Positions 11,591 through 24,822 of a stretch of 64,000 nt of DNA are shown piece by piece (the first letter of the stretch is position 1; the number at the start of each line of letters is the position of its first letter). Source of the stretch: Octopus bimaculoides. Taxonomy: Eukaryota. The position numbers and the translations under genes are program-made. Below the pieces are notes generated by a model. The model had not been told where the DNA came from, did not search any database, and saw nothing but the letters and a program-made list of their open reading frames with translations. The stretch spans positions 47,237,367-47,301,366 of the forward strand of contig NC_068997.1 in the NCBI RefSeq assembly GCF_001194135.2. The letters are read 5' to 3'.

Positions 11591-12937
11591 GAATCGTATA
11601 GTATACTCCTGGTAAAGCATGTTCACGCATGTGTGGGGGGCATGCGCATCTGTGCGTGCGTGCGTGTGTATAGAAATATACATTTTTGATGTCCGGTCGT
11701 GTAAATGTTTGAATTACTTAAAGTAGACTTAAGCTTTATTTACCTATTGTACTCATTGTTCTTGTTGCTATCAAGTTTATTATCAATTCTTCATCTGCAA
11801 AGAAGACTGAAAACTTGCTTTCGAAAGTTCTGTCCGACCTTTCCGACCTCTCATCAAATCATCTGCTTCACTTCACAATATAAGCAAAGACAGAAAGTTC
11901 ATTCCGGCAGCTGACGTCTCACTTTCATTCTGACACAGCTCCCCTGGAGACAACATTGTAGCTCGCATCCAGTTTGGTCAAAGGCTATATGCTTCTTCAG
12001 CATTAAAAGACCAGGCCTTCATCATCACCAGCAGGATAGACAAAGCCTTCACTAACAACATCAGAATAAACTAGGTCTTCTGCCATCGTTACATTCGTCG
12101 CCATCTCTTCGTTATGTAAACCGTAACAATTTCGCCTTTTACTATGTCAGATCAGCCAATTAGTTGTCACACATCTATTCATGCAAATACAGTGACAAAC
12201 ATTTTTACATATAAGATGTATTTATTCAAAATACATGGTTGACTCGGTAGTGATTAAAAAGCATTGATTTATGTAAACGATCAATAATACATACACATAT
12301 ACATGTATGTATTATTGATCGTCAAAATCAGAGATATCTGACGAGAGAAATTCCATGTCTAATTGTCCCTTTCGGCTAATCGATTTCTCCATGTCGCTTC
12401 ACTTTGATTTTCATTACATACATTTCTAGCGTACACAATTTCGTTTATTGCTTATATATACTTTTCATCTGATGATAATCTGTGCAGGATTATTGAAACG
12501 TACGTAATGAATTGTTCGAAATATCATGAATTTGTTTTTAAGTGTTCAATTCAATTACATGTGACTCTTCATACCACCTTACTTGTCTCCGTAATTATGC
12601 TATTTTATACAGTGCAATACTTGAGCTCGGGAGTTTAACGTGATTTCCGTATCGAGTTTTCAGCAGTTATTTGTGCATTTTGACACACGCTAACGATGCG
12701 TTAGGAAAGTTTGTCTTTGAAGCTATAATATACAACAGAATAAATCTATAGATTTCAGCCAATACTGCTGGTATAAATTAGACTTAACTAAATACACTGG
12801 ACAGTTGTAAACAGCTGGTTTTCTATGTAGTCACTTCCTGGATAGGAAATACAAGATCAGTTCATTTGCTTCCGCTCGAAGTAGCCGTTAAAAGTGTGTC
12901 ATTCAGTGCAAATCAGTTTATAATAACAGCAACTGTG

Positions 12938-12974
<37 letters not shown>

Positions 12975-15900
12975 CCAGAGTCAGATATGTAATCAGTTGC
13001 CAATTAAATCTTAGTAGAAACAGAAACTGGTTCAGGTAATTCCTCTTTATTTATGCACGAAGAAATTGTATTAAACAGTCGTTTACATCAATATGTAATT
13101 ACATATGATACGATGGCTGAAATCTATAGATTTATAATTATGTTAATGCATCGCTAAGATCTAAATTGAAATATCTGCCAAAAATAGCGTTCTTTTTTTT
13201 TTTTTCAGATGAATTTATCCGATTTAATGATACCTTTAATAATAGTGTTTATGTATTTACAATATCTTTGTGGATAGTTAGAGACGGTAGTCAGATGCTA
13301 ATAAAATCTCAACAAAGATTTAAACCGATCCAGCTGCCTTTCAAAAAGAAAAACTTAGACCGAAAGAGATAATTGTTTACTGTAATTTGGTGCATTTAAA
13401 TGAAAGTCAATCGCCACGGATGTAACTCTTTATCGAACTCACGACTTTTGAAACACTTACTGGGCACCATACATAAATGGTAAATGTACTTTGTGTTTTA
13501 TGATAAAATTGAAAAGTTTTAAAAGATGGTCTTTTTAACTTATTTGAATTACTATTTTCAAACCTGAACTTCACAACCTTTGTAAGAAATTTCTGATTTA
13601 GTACCTAGAGTTATTGTAACCACTTTCTGGTGATTATGCAGAAAAATGAAAACTGAACACACACAGCTCATTTGGTCAATGAAAACCATCATAACCATTA
13701 ACTCTCAAAATGAATTTCATTGTGTGGAAGGCTGAAATATTTTGGACTAAAAAGGACGTTATTTTACCACAAATTTATAAGTATATTCATAATGATACTA
13801 ATGCATAGGTCTCACCTAAAATATTGATCTGTTATGTTCAGAATGTATCCAAATCAATGCTGGAAGTGGGCATATTACTGTTATTAAAAGAAAATATTGG
13901 AGATATTTGCTTCTATCTGAATGCATTTCAGTAATAATTGTACATGTCATTTTCCAATGCTCGTAGTTAGAGATCAGATTTTTAGTCAAGATGTAAGGCA
14001 CTGTTCATGACCTTTGACATGATGTTTGAGACTGGTGAGATTGGTACTCTAAGTGTTGGTGATAAAGTTGGCAATAGATTAAGTCTATCACGAACAAGAT
14101 ACTTTTAATCCAAAGTAAATTCTACTTTTAAGCTAATTGTATGCCTGAAGGGTACAATTAAAGATTATTCTTCCGTCTTTAATGAAAATAAACAGTAGTA
14201 GTCCATAACCTTAAATGACCAAGAGATTATGTGTATAGTGTGACCAACAACGGTGCCATCAGGTTATCTACCTGAAATCAAATCTCCCATGTCAAGTACA
14301 AAAGGAGTCCACTGGATGTTAATTTTTCATGTAATTAAACACTTTTGTTCATTGGTTCTCAATGGAAGGAAATGAACTTCTGTAAGCAACAGGCATGGGA
14401 GGTTGGAGCCAAGCACTGTAAGCTAAAGCTTGATATATGATTACCCAACCGTGTCTTTAGCATCAGAAATGTGCAAACATTGAACTGCTTTCTCTTTTTG
14501 TAATTTCATTTAATTTAATTTTCAACAGGCTCAGGTCAACCATTGTAAATTATATGCTTATTTTTCTCATTTTTACAAGTTTTGTTAGAGACTAACCAAG
14601 TTGCTGTAGGTTCACAACAAAACCTACAAGGCAGAAAATATATCTCAAAATTCCATCTGATCTAAGCAGGCATGGAAAAATGGACAGTAAAATAATATTA
14701 AAGTGAAAGAAATGAAACTGAATTTTCCATATTTCAAATGATTTATGTATAATTTTTTTTTTCTTTTGTGTTAAAACAAAAATTGAATGAAATATACACA
14801 GGGTAATAATATCTGATACAATACATGAAATATACACAAGTTTGTGGACAATAACAGCTGAAAAAATATACATTGAGAACAGAATGTTAGAAAGCTGTTT
14901 GTACTGGAGAGAGCCAGGAATAGAGGCTAATGAAGAGCAAAATGGGGTTGGTGAAAAAAAAAAGGAAAAAATGACCAGTTGGAAAGATAGTTAAATGGTG
15001 TGCTTGTTTTGGTAATATTTGTATCTTCATGTTGAAGACTTGGAGGGAATCCTGTTATCAAACAGTAGTCAAGTAAAACTGCATAATTTTTTTAAATATC
15101 TAGATCTTAAACTTTTTAGACCAATGAATTATTTACTAACAGTTTATAAAGCTATGAGATGTCAACAGGAGGTGACTAGCAAGACTGAAGCAACTAATAG
15201 GGAACAGTTCCACTAACTACAACAATTGGTCTTATTGGATTATAAAATGTGTCTAGATATATGAACTAATCAACATTAAAAGCTTGTTAAAAGTCATTAA
15301 TGCTCTTAAAAACTAAACTGTGCAGATTATAAGATTCAAATTTAATTTTCTCTTGTATAAAAAAAAGGCTTTAAAACATTGCTTGATTACTTTGTTGGAA
15401 TTCTTTTTCAGAAATGTAAATTGAAGATTGTCTCAAATATTTGTCAACAGAGGGAAAATAACACTAGTTTCTTAAAGATTACAACGAAAAAGGAGAGTCC
15501 AGTTAAGAAATAAACTGCACTCACAAACTCTAGCTATATACTAGGAGCCAGCAGTCTACACAAATTTTTCATTCCAGAAGAAAAAAAGAAAAAGAGAAAC
15601 AGATTATTTTCAATGATGCAAAAGTTAGGTCTTTCTTAGAACAGGAGCTGTTATAATTAGTCTTTAGGCAACTAAGCTGTACATATCTTCTCTATATTAC
15701 ACTGTCAAAACTTGAGTAAACATAAGCAGACTGGAGCAACCTGGACAAGAAAACTTCAGTTTGTCAGTGTTAGAAGGCTCCTTAATTATTGAAAAAAAAA
15801 ATCAAGAAATTGGTCATTTCAACCAATCTACTTTAGATGTAATTCATAAATGGATTTTAAAAATACCAGGTTATATACATATGTACAAATTTTTAATTTT

Positions 15901-16887
15901 TAAGTTAGAATATATTTAAAAACATTGCAACTTATGCAATCTTAATATAAATGTAGATCTGAAAGATTTTATAACAATTCTAGAATTAAGTTCATGACAA
16001 AAATTGCAGGTTACCTTATGAGTAACACTTATCCTGAAAGACAAACCAGAATGACCTTTATAACTTGAAACAGAGAGACAAAAACTGTCGCAATGTGTAA
16101 CAGATGGTTGTAGTGTGTAAGAAGTAAAATTTATTCAGAATTAACTCAATACATTTGGAAACAATTTACTGCTGGGCCTAACAAAAATACTAACAGAAAG
16201 TGGCCTCAAAACCTCAGCTGTGTTTTAAGGTTTTCTCATGCTTACATTACTTAAGTGATAGCAAAATTGCCAAAGAGGTAGGTTGATGTCATTAGCTATA
16301 TTCTCACAACTCGCACAAAACACAGCCAATATTGTTTAGAAAACATTGTGCGACACAAAAGAACATTTTAATAACCAAACCAACCATTTTACATTTAACT
16401 AAACCTAAAGTTTTCTAACAATCTATATTAAAATCAGAAATTGTAACAAAATACTTCTGTATTAAAAAATTTTAAAACTGAATTGGTCATTTAAAATCAG
16501 AAAAAGGATAACCATGAGAAAACTAAGGAAATAATTGCCATGAAACAAACTTATGTCTCATTGCAGATATAACAAACACACCGGATACTGATCTTAAGTG
16601 TTTGTCACATCTGTAACGGTTATAAAATACTATCACAAAAATTACCAGAAATTTGTCCAAAACTGAATGGAAAGAAATGAACAATTAGCAATAATACCAA
16701 GTACAGTATCAGTAATAGGAAGTATTTATCATCCTTTTCAAATACCAAATGTACTCAAAGAATAAAACATGAATTAGAATTAAATGTTTATAGTTCATGT
16801 TGGTTTAATCAACAATGTGTTTAGTTCATTACAAAATTACATTTGTGTACTTAGCACAGTAGATAAAATCATTTAAGCATTGTGACA

Positions 16888-16911
16888 TATATACAGTTTA
16901 TTATATTTACA
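16888..16911 (-). terminator. Candidate cyclin B polyadenylation signal AATAAA (16897-16902) flanked by two Pumilio elements
   Basis: The minus strand reads TGTAAATA-T-AATAAA-C-TGTATATA, ~600 nt after the stop codon. It is the first AATAAA I found downstream of the stop. Confidence 0.6.
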
Positions 16912-17501
16912 CTGAAATTAAATTAGCAGCAGGTAGTGCACTCAATCTTACAATTGCTGTTACAGCTGTTCACATTCGTTCACTCGCTATACACATCTAA
17001 GCTGCAGTAAATTCAATGCTTTCTAGTAACTTAAGCTATTTAAGTCCACCATCAATTTAAAGCTAGATTATACATATATATATATATATATATTAAAAAA
17101 GTAAAAGGGAGCAACAGACGAAAACTCTTCAAAAGTTCCCTGAAAATCCCTGCAGCCATACAATTTTTCCAGAGAATTAAAACATTTAGTTGTGGCGTCA
17201 ATTTTCATTTTAACAAAAATTCCACCAAAACATCACTTATCTCACATAGGGAGAGAAACAACCTCAAATACTTCTTAAACATAGGCAAAAACTACACACC
17301 TGCACAGGTACCTCAATATCATCACATTCACAACGCAGGGCTAGGGACACCTGCTAACCTATTTGCACTTATGAGGATTACATTATAAAGACTCCTCAAA
17401 TGGAAATAGATTTTTTTCTTTCATAATGTATAAAAATGTAAATCGGTATTGACTATAAATTCAGTCAAAAATGTCATGTTTAAGAGTCAAAAACAGTGAC
17501 G

Positions 17502-17597
17502 TCAATTTTCAGCAACTTTTCTGATGGCATCACCTTTTAATTCTGGAATGGTACTGATCTTAAAGAATTTGGAGCCTTGGAATTTTGTCCGGATAGC
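17502..17597 (-). CDS. CCNB: Cyclin B coding exon 8 (last, ends in TGA)
   Basis: Acceptor ttttctttttctag, 96 nt. Encodes AIRTKFQGSKFFKISTIPELKGDAIRKVAEN*. Total CDS is 1155 nt (384 aa plus stop). Confidence 0.92.
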   Translation of the reverse strand, partial: AIRTKFQGSKFFKISTIPELKGDAIRKVAEN

Positions 17598-17857
17598 CTA
17601 GAAAAAGAAAAATGATTTTAGAAATTGATATACTTCAAATTTTGTCACATAATTACTCATTAACCCTGTCTTCAGTAATTTATCCAACAAAAAATATTTT
17701 CTCAAATTATGAAAATGTACCACCAATGGTGCACAGGGCAGTTGTATGAAGTCTACTATAATGAACCACCGGTGGTACAGGTGACAGTTAACGTGCTAAT
17801 ATCCATTTTGTCTTTCATGCTAGCATGGGTTTAGACAGGGGAGTTAAGGTAGAACCA

Positions 17858-17930
17858 TAACCCTTTAGCATTTAAATTTGCCTTATCCACCCCTAATATT
17901 CTACCAGTTTCACGTTCAAACCGGCCCCAT
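17858..17930 (+). mobile_element. piggyBac-like MITE end (an inverted copy lies at ~20800-20869)
   Basis: (T)TAA-CCCTTTAGCATT...TATCC..CCC.AATATTCTACC here. Its reverse complement, ending GAGTTAA, is in intron 5. Confidence 0.45.
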
Positions 17931-17934
17931 ATCT

Positions 17935-18400
17935 ACCCAACATTCATCAATTAGCATCTGCTTCGACGCGGTTTCTATGACTGGATGTCCTTCACCAACT
18001 ACTCCAAGAGTGTAATGGGTGCTTTTTATGAACCCATCATCGGCCACAACTATGATTTCACTTGGCTTGACTAGTCTTCTCAAACACTGCATATTGCCAA
18101 AAGTCTCATTCACTTATCACATCCATGAGGCCCAATGTTAGATCATGCTTCACCACCTTGTCCCATATCTTCCTCTTCCACAGGCTTCTCCATAATTAGA
18201 GAGTGGCACTTCATCCTCATACATCACATGATCATACTACACCTGATGCCTCTTATGCACAACTTCATTCATGACACTGTCATTGCACTTTCAGTGAAGC
18301 ATACTAGCTTCATTTCTTTCAAGCCTATGCATGTCCTCAGCAGTCACAGCCCATGTTTCACTGCTGTGTACCATGACTGTTTGCATGCATATATATATAC
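17935..18400 (-). mobile_element. Highly decayed RTE-like LINE 3' remnant in the last cyclin B intron
   Basis: The minus strand retains a degraded R.L.W.GHVMRM-type segment. Many CpG-type changes are present. Confidence 0.45.
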
Positions 18401-18693
18401 ATATATAATCACATCATTGAAATCCGAAAGCCATAAGGTAATATATGATTATTTAGTCAATGTTTCGAATTAGACATTACAATTGACAGTAATCTTGATG
18501 CTCTTATTGTTAACCCATACCAATTTTCTGTAAGGAAATTCTTTTATCTCAGTCTTTGAAAGTGTAAAGCAACTGGCTTTGTGAACAGTTGACAAACATG
18601 GAATATCAACATCTGCATACATACATAAACACATTGGGCTTCCAGCAGATTCTATCAAGAATAAAAAAGATAAAAACGATTAGCAATTCTTAC

Positions 18694-18798
18694 AGTTAGT
18701 TTACTGGTTTCTGCTTTCAAGACTAGTTTTGCAAGTTTGCGTATTATATCAGCAAGGTCAGATTTAGTGTACGTGCTGTAGTAAGCTAGGGTATCGTT
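18694..18798 (-). CDS. CCNB: Cyclin B coding exon 7 (not in the ORF track)
   Basis: Acceptor tttttattccag, donor ACT|GTAAGA, 105 nt. Encodes NDTLAYYSTYTKSDLADIIRKLAKLVLKAETSKLT, matching the cyclin B C-terminal fold. Confidence 0.93.
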
Positions 18799-20298
18799 CT
18801 GGAATAAAAAAATTTTTTAAAAAAAGGATGAAAATAGCAGGGAATATGTAAAATTTGCATGCACCACACATTTTCCAAACATTATGCTTCAAAGACAGTA
18901 TGCATTTAAGAGAGCTTAGTCAAATACATTTTTTCAATTTTCAGAAACTGATTATTTTCATTTAAGGTGAAAAAAAAAAGACAAAAATCTATTGTAATGC
19001 AATTCATATTACTACGAAATGAGGTAATGCAGTAAATTTAAAATAACAGAGCAAACTAGTTTTTTTAACAGGAAAGAAAAAAATAAATAATTTAACTATC
19101 AACTCTAAATGCAGGGAGATAATTCGTACCTGCATCTGAGTTCAACTACGCTCAGAACTAAAAGAAAAAAAATAAGACTGGAAACTCATCAGAGATATTA
19201 AAAAAATTTTGAATACTATCTGGAATTGGTAATCTGTCAATCTAAAACCAATAGTGAACCATCAAAATTGCCAGCTGATTGAAAATTATGCTTTGTCACG
19301 TGAAACATCAAAAGCTGCCTTCAACTGATTGTATGTCATAACTTGAACACTCGATCAAAATTCTCTATAATTTAGTCTTAGCTGCAGTGAGCACTATGGT
19401 GATAAAAGCCAAATTTAAATCCTCAATGAAGAGACCTTTGTAACAGCCTAATCCTATGGTGGCAAATCCAATTTGTTCTGGTTAGTGGCTCTAATATCAG
19501 TTTAGCCAGATTTTGCCAATACCAATTATATCAAGAATTCAGCTGAGTGCCAAGTCAAACTTTTGGTAAGCCAAGAATACAGCCACATTGAGTTAAAGTA
19601 GCTCACAAGCATCCTCCCTATCTCCACAAGTGCAAAACATAAGATACTGCATTCATCTCCTGGATTTTAGAACTAGTCTTTTTTGCGTTTTTAGTGCCAC
19701 AATGGGACAATCAATATTTAACCTTGTCATAAGACAGAATTTGAGGCAGATGCCCTTTGTAAGTTTTCAGGCTGATTGGAAATAAATGTAAGGTGATGAT
19801 ACTCTCAAAAAGAACACACAAACATGTATCTCGCTAACGATTGGGAAGCAAGCCTCTTAACTGTACAGTTGCCTCTACACCTAAAATCTGTATTCCTCTC
19901 CTAGCATTTCGCTGCACTGACTGAGTGAATCAAACTCATCACCTAAATCTGTTACCATTATAAAAAGGGTATTGTATAACAAGCTAGCCATAAAACACTG
20001 CAAATTTTAAGCAGAGCAGACAAGTTTAAAAACTATTCAAGACATTCAAGGACTAAATCCCATAAGGCAGCAACCTGAAAGTTCCAAACTCTCAGAACAG
20101 AAAATTTAGCAATCATTTTTATTTACTCAAAAAGATTAGCCTGAGAAATCTAACGTGCAAGACAGGTCTAAGCATATTTCAGATTAAATCATTTTTCAAT
20201 AATTTCTTCTTCATTGTAATGTTTGACCAAATTGACACACTCAAGCAACATTTTAATGAGATGTCAAGACATTGATAAATGTAAGAATGAAATCCTAC

Positions 20299-20439
20299 CC
20301 ATTCTGTGTTAGAGATGAGATGTAATGAAAGACATAACGCAGCAGCAGCTAAGTGTGAAGGGTGAATGTTCACCATATCGTATTCTACAATTGTCAACTC
20401 CATCAAATATTTGGCCAATGTATGAGTGTTTGCATCAAC
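20299..20439 (-). CDS. CCNB: Cyclin B coding exon 6
   Basis: Acceptor ttcattgcag, donor TGG|GTAGGA, 141 nt. Encodes [47 protein letters not shown]. Confidence 0.96.
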
Positions 20440-21786
20440 CTGCAATGAAAAGAATATCCAATATTTCATTAAATAAATGGAAGGAAACCCACCAAGGAGA
20501 GAGAAAAGAAAAAAAAAGAGGATTTCCCATTTCTAGAGAAAAAAGAAGCAACAGGTGTGAGGTTGTATGTTCATTTGAGACTAGGTAGTCATAAATACAA
20601 ATATTAAAAAGTTAAGATACATAATTTTCCTCGATGTGAACAAGTTCAACTGCAGCATACTATTTAGCATTTATATTACTCTCTCAAATGTAATGCCATT
20701 TACTCACATTATTTTGAATTAATCACACACTATCTTGTAGATTTTCATGTGATTGCTTATTTTAAAAATATTGTAGGATAGGTGTGAGAGGCTGGATCTG
20801 GTCAGTTTAAACACAAAACTGGTAGAATATTTGGGCTGGATATGGCCAGTTTGAATGTCAAAGAGTTAAGGAGATTATGCTATAAAACCCACACTAAAGC
20901 AGCTATGTATTCACTTGATTTGCTAGAAATAGTAACTAAATCCTCCTCAAAGCACAACCTACTGTCTCAAAAAATAAATAAATAAATAAAAAATAGTAAA
21001 AAATTCCAAGATACTCCTGCTGAGATAGGAATGACTTGTGACTAAATACTAACAAAACATTTTATGGAACAAAGAATATTACGATGCAGTGAAATCATTT
21101 GGTGAGGTCAATGAAAATTCAACCAATTCTCTCAAATAAAAAATGCACAAAACCCACCCCACTCTTTAACCTTTCTGTTAACATACTTTACATGGCCTTC
21201 ATTTCAATTTTGAAAATAAAGAATTTACTAAAATAACTCATTAAGCTGGTGTTTGGAACATAACATGAAATTTAATGGAAGATTTTAAAAATTTAGATCA
21301 CTTTGAAGCAAGCTTCTATGCATATGGAGGAGGACAGCTGAGTAAACTGACTGGACCCTAGTGCAGCTCACCAGTTCTAGTCAAACCATTTAAACCATAC
21401 CAGCATGGTATGGTTTAAAATAATGATGATTGTATCAAAAGGAGAAGATAGGCAGGTTGGTATCAAGAACAAGATACAAGTTATTCAAGCAATTGTGTGC
21501 TAAGTCCACCTTGCAACCAGTCCTAGGTCCTCACACACTGCACAGCATCATGGCAAAGTGTTTGTCACAGCTTTAGGCTGACCAATGCTCAAGTAAAATT
21601 TAGGAAAAGTAGTGGTTGAGTAATAAATAGTATCCATTTGGTCCAGGATGCACCGGTTCCTTATAACTTGTGCCATTGGAAGCTAATAAAACAACACAAT
21701 TGTTTATAAATGCATAAAGTAAAATTATATTTCAAATCTCAACTACAGATAAGCAGAAAGAAGTTCAAAGACAGAAAAGTTTGTAC

Positions 21787-22023
21787 CTGTCCTGCTTTGG
21801 AATTTCTTCTCAGAAAATGCAAGCACAATGGCTTGCCAAGTTTAAAGTCTAATGTCTTCAAGATATGCATCTCCATTTGTCGAATATCTGCTCGCGTATA
21901 TGCATTGTCTGTGATGTAGACAAAATCAGACACTTCTGGAGCGTACATTTCTTCATACTTTGAAGCTATCAGCATTGATGTAACACCAACCAGCTGTAGC
22001 TTGCTGCGAGTAACTGGATTAAT
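21787..22023 (-). CDS. CCNB: Cyclin B coding exon 5
   Basis: Acceptor ttgcag, donor CAG|GTACAA, 237 nt. Encodes [43 protein letters not shown]...[11 protein letters not shown]. Confidence 0.97.
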
Positions 22024-22819
22024 CTGCAATTAAGAGGAACATGGCTTTATTTTTTTTAAAGAGAAATAATAGAAATTGACTGTAATTATGGCTAAGTAGT
22101 AAAGTGTCATTACAACTGGCTTCACACTATAACCAACACTCAAGAAATCAAATTTACTCAGTCTTCCAGTATCTTCTTAGAACTCTTATGTTCTAACAGT
22201 TCCATCTCTTTGCAGTCAAGATACATTTTACACACACACAGAAGAATGAGTTTACTCTAGCTGTTTATTTAGATAGCAATAGTCAGACTTAAAATATCTG
22301 AAGAAAGCTTAAGAAAAATTCTGAAATGCAACAAACTTCCACTACTTTTGGAACAGTATTTCATTGTGGGTCTCATCTGATTTTAGAGCTTGCAACTGGT
22401 GCGAGTTCAAATATTTTCTGGCCCTGAATGAGGAAATCCAATCTCTGAGATGTAGCTTCAAGAGTAACAATTGTAAACACCCCTTTTAGTCACTTCCTTT
22501 CTTTCAGTTACTACCAGTATGGTTTTTCATTGAGCCAGTTCAAAGTTCTGTGTTCATATATTGCATTTCACCCATCTTTACATTCCGATTTTCAAATCCC
22601 ACCAAGGACAATGCTGCCTTTCATGCTTGCAGGGTTGATAATACCTCACTTTATGAGAACCTGGATTTACAAAGCTTTATTTCATAGCAAATATAAAATC
22701 CAAATAGGGAGCTGCTGGAAACTTAAGGCTTGGTTTTGAAAAAAGTCCTTGTGAATTGTTGAGTGCACCCACAAGTGATGGTGTGCAGAAGTAAAAGTGA
22801 TTCAGAAAACGATTTTATA

Positions 22820-23198
22820 TTCTTTTACTTGTTTCAGTCATTTGACTGCAGCCATGCTGGAGCACCGCCTTTAGTCGAATCAAATCGACCCCAGGACTTA
22901 TTCTTTGTAAACCTAGTACTTATTCTATCGTCTCTTTTTGCCGAACCGCTAAGTTACGGGGACCTAAGCACACCAGCATCGGTTGTCAAGCGATGTTGGT
23001 GGGGACGAACACAGATACACAACATATACATATATACAACGGGCTTCTTTCAGTTTCCATCTACCAAATCCACTCACAAGGCTTTGGTCAGCCCGAGGCT
23101 ATAGTAGAAGACACTTGCCCAAGGTGCCACGCAGTGGGTCTGAACCCGGAACCATGTGGTTCGTAAGCAAGCTACTTACCACACAGCCACTCCTACGT
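22820..23198 (-). mobile_element. tRNA-derived SINE family 1 (head - microsatellite - tail), in cyclin B intron 4
   Basis: The head has A/B-box-like TGGCTGTGTGG...GGTTC, and the body matches several other copies in the window. Confidence 0.85.
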
Positions 23199-23518
23199 CT
23201 ATATATATATATATTTTTTAATTTTTTCTATTATAAATGATTTTGACAGTCTTGCTTTACATTCTACTGCTGTTTTATAGCCTCTACCCCCGCCCCAAAC
23301 AAACTAACAATCATTGAGCAACCCACATTTTAATGCAGTTAAAAACTTCTTTCCCTGAATATATGCTGCCGAAATTGGGAGTGCATTTTGTATGCCTGTG
23401 TGACTCTGAATGTGGTGATTCAGAAAAGCTACATTGAGACACTCAGTTCGGTAGCCAGAGTTGGGATAGAATCTAGAACAACTAAAGTCATAATTCAGAG
23501 AATAAAGATAAAAGTTAC

Positions 23519-23677
23519 CTGCAAAAATCGATCCAATACAGATACTGTTAAGTAAAGTGTTTCTTGTAAAAGTCTAAAGCGGTGATGAACCTGACAGAGC
23601 CAATCTATAAGAATGGCCCTCATTTTACCAGTTATTTCCTGACCTTGAAGGTAATTTTTTCTCACTGAATAGGTTTT
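23519..23677 (-). CDS. CCNB: Cyclin B coding exon 4 (cyclin box start)
   Basis: Acceptor ttttttcag, donor CAG|GTAACT, 159 nt. Encodes KTYSVRKNYLQGQEITGKMRAILIDWLCQVHHRFRLLQETLYLTVSVLDRFLQ. Confidence 0.97.
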
Positions 23678-24822
23678 CTGAAAAAAATTTATAAAATCAA
23701 ATATTAGCAGAAAATCTGAATATACCAATGAATAAGAGAATCTATTTTAGCCAGAGAAAATGCTAAAATGAAAGGATTAGGTATGGCCCTATTTCAACCA
23801 TCACAATGGTTACTATCGCCTCCCCCAGCTAAATATAGTTTTCCAGTTATCATTTACATAATCGTTATGGTACCTTCTGCACCCCAGTTAAAAATGGATG
23901 CATTTGAAGCCAGTTAAAATATTAATGGCTACAACTGGAAGCAATTAGCCCTTACTATTTGTGAAAAGGGTACCCCACTCGCATCAAGGAGAATGGCAAA
24001 CGCATAAAATTGGTAGAGAAGTGAGCATAACCAACTCACTTTCCACCTCAAAACGATCTCATTTTTCACCTCAAAACGATCAGTGTGGTTTTATATTGAA
24101 AGCTCATAGAAAGAATGCAAGTCAGACAAGTAAATCTGAAGAGACATCTGTAGTGTAGAAGCAAACGTTCAAATTGATACTACTCTTAGGCAATCACCAT
24201 TTCAATGCCTACATTTTCATATTTGCATAGGTTAGACAAGTGTACTTTGTGGCCAGATGACTGTCACCAATGCTGAACTGGTTTTCAAGTGAGGTTATTA
24301 ATTTTGTAGCCCATAGAACAAACAGTCCTGATTTATGCAGAGGACTAGAAACAAGCAACATGTGAAGATGCTTGTCAAGTGAACTGCAAGCAAATGATAC
24401 AGGCAGCAAGGCTGTTTACAACCATGTAAGAATTAGTCCAAAGTAAGACCAAAGAAAACATGATTATACATTCATGTGATTTTCTGGAAATATTTAGCAC
24501 AAGCCGTATACTGCCTAGGCTCAGCTCAAGTTATCAAAAACATCAGTTTACATAATGGAGAGCACTACAAACAATGGTAAGGATCATTTTACAGCTTGGC
24601 AAAGCCGACCGTATCATATACATTTATAAGAGCAAAACTTTTATTTTGTTTTGCCAGTCAAACAAACTGATTTATGACTTATCAGTAGTTCAGTATCAAA
24701 AATGTTTAGTGATATAAATTTAGACATAACTGAAGCCATTACCAGACAAATCTGCGGAGATAAACCTTCAGCAGAAGGTTAAAATGAATAAGACACAATG
24801 AAGAGAATAGATAAACACATAC

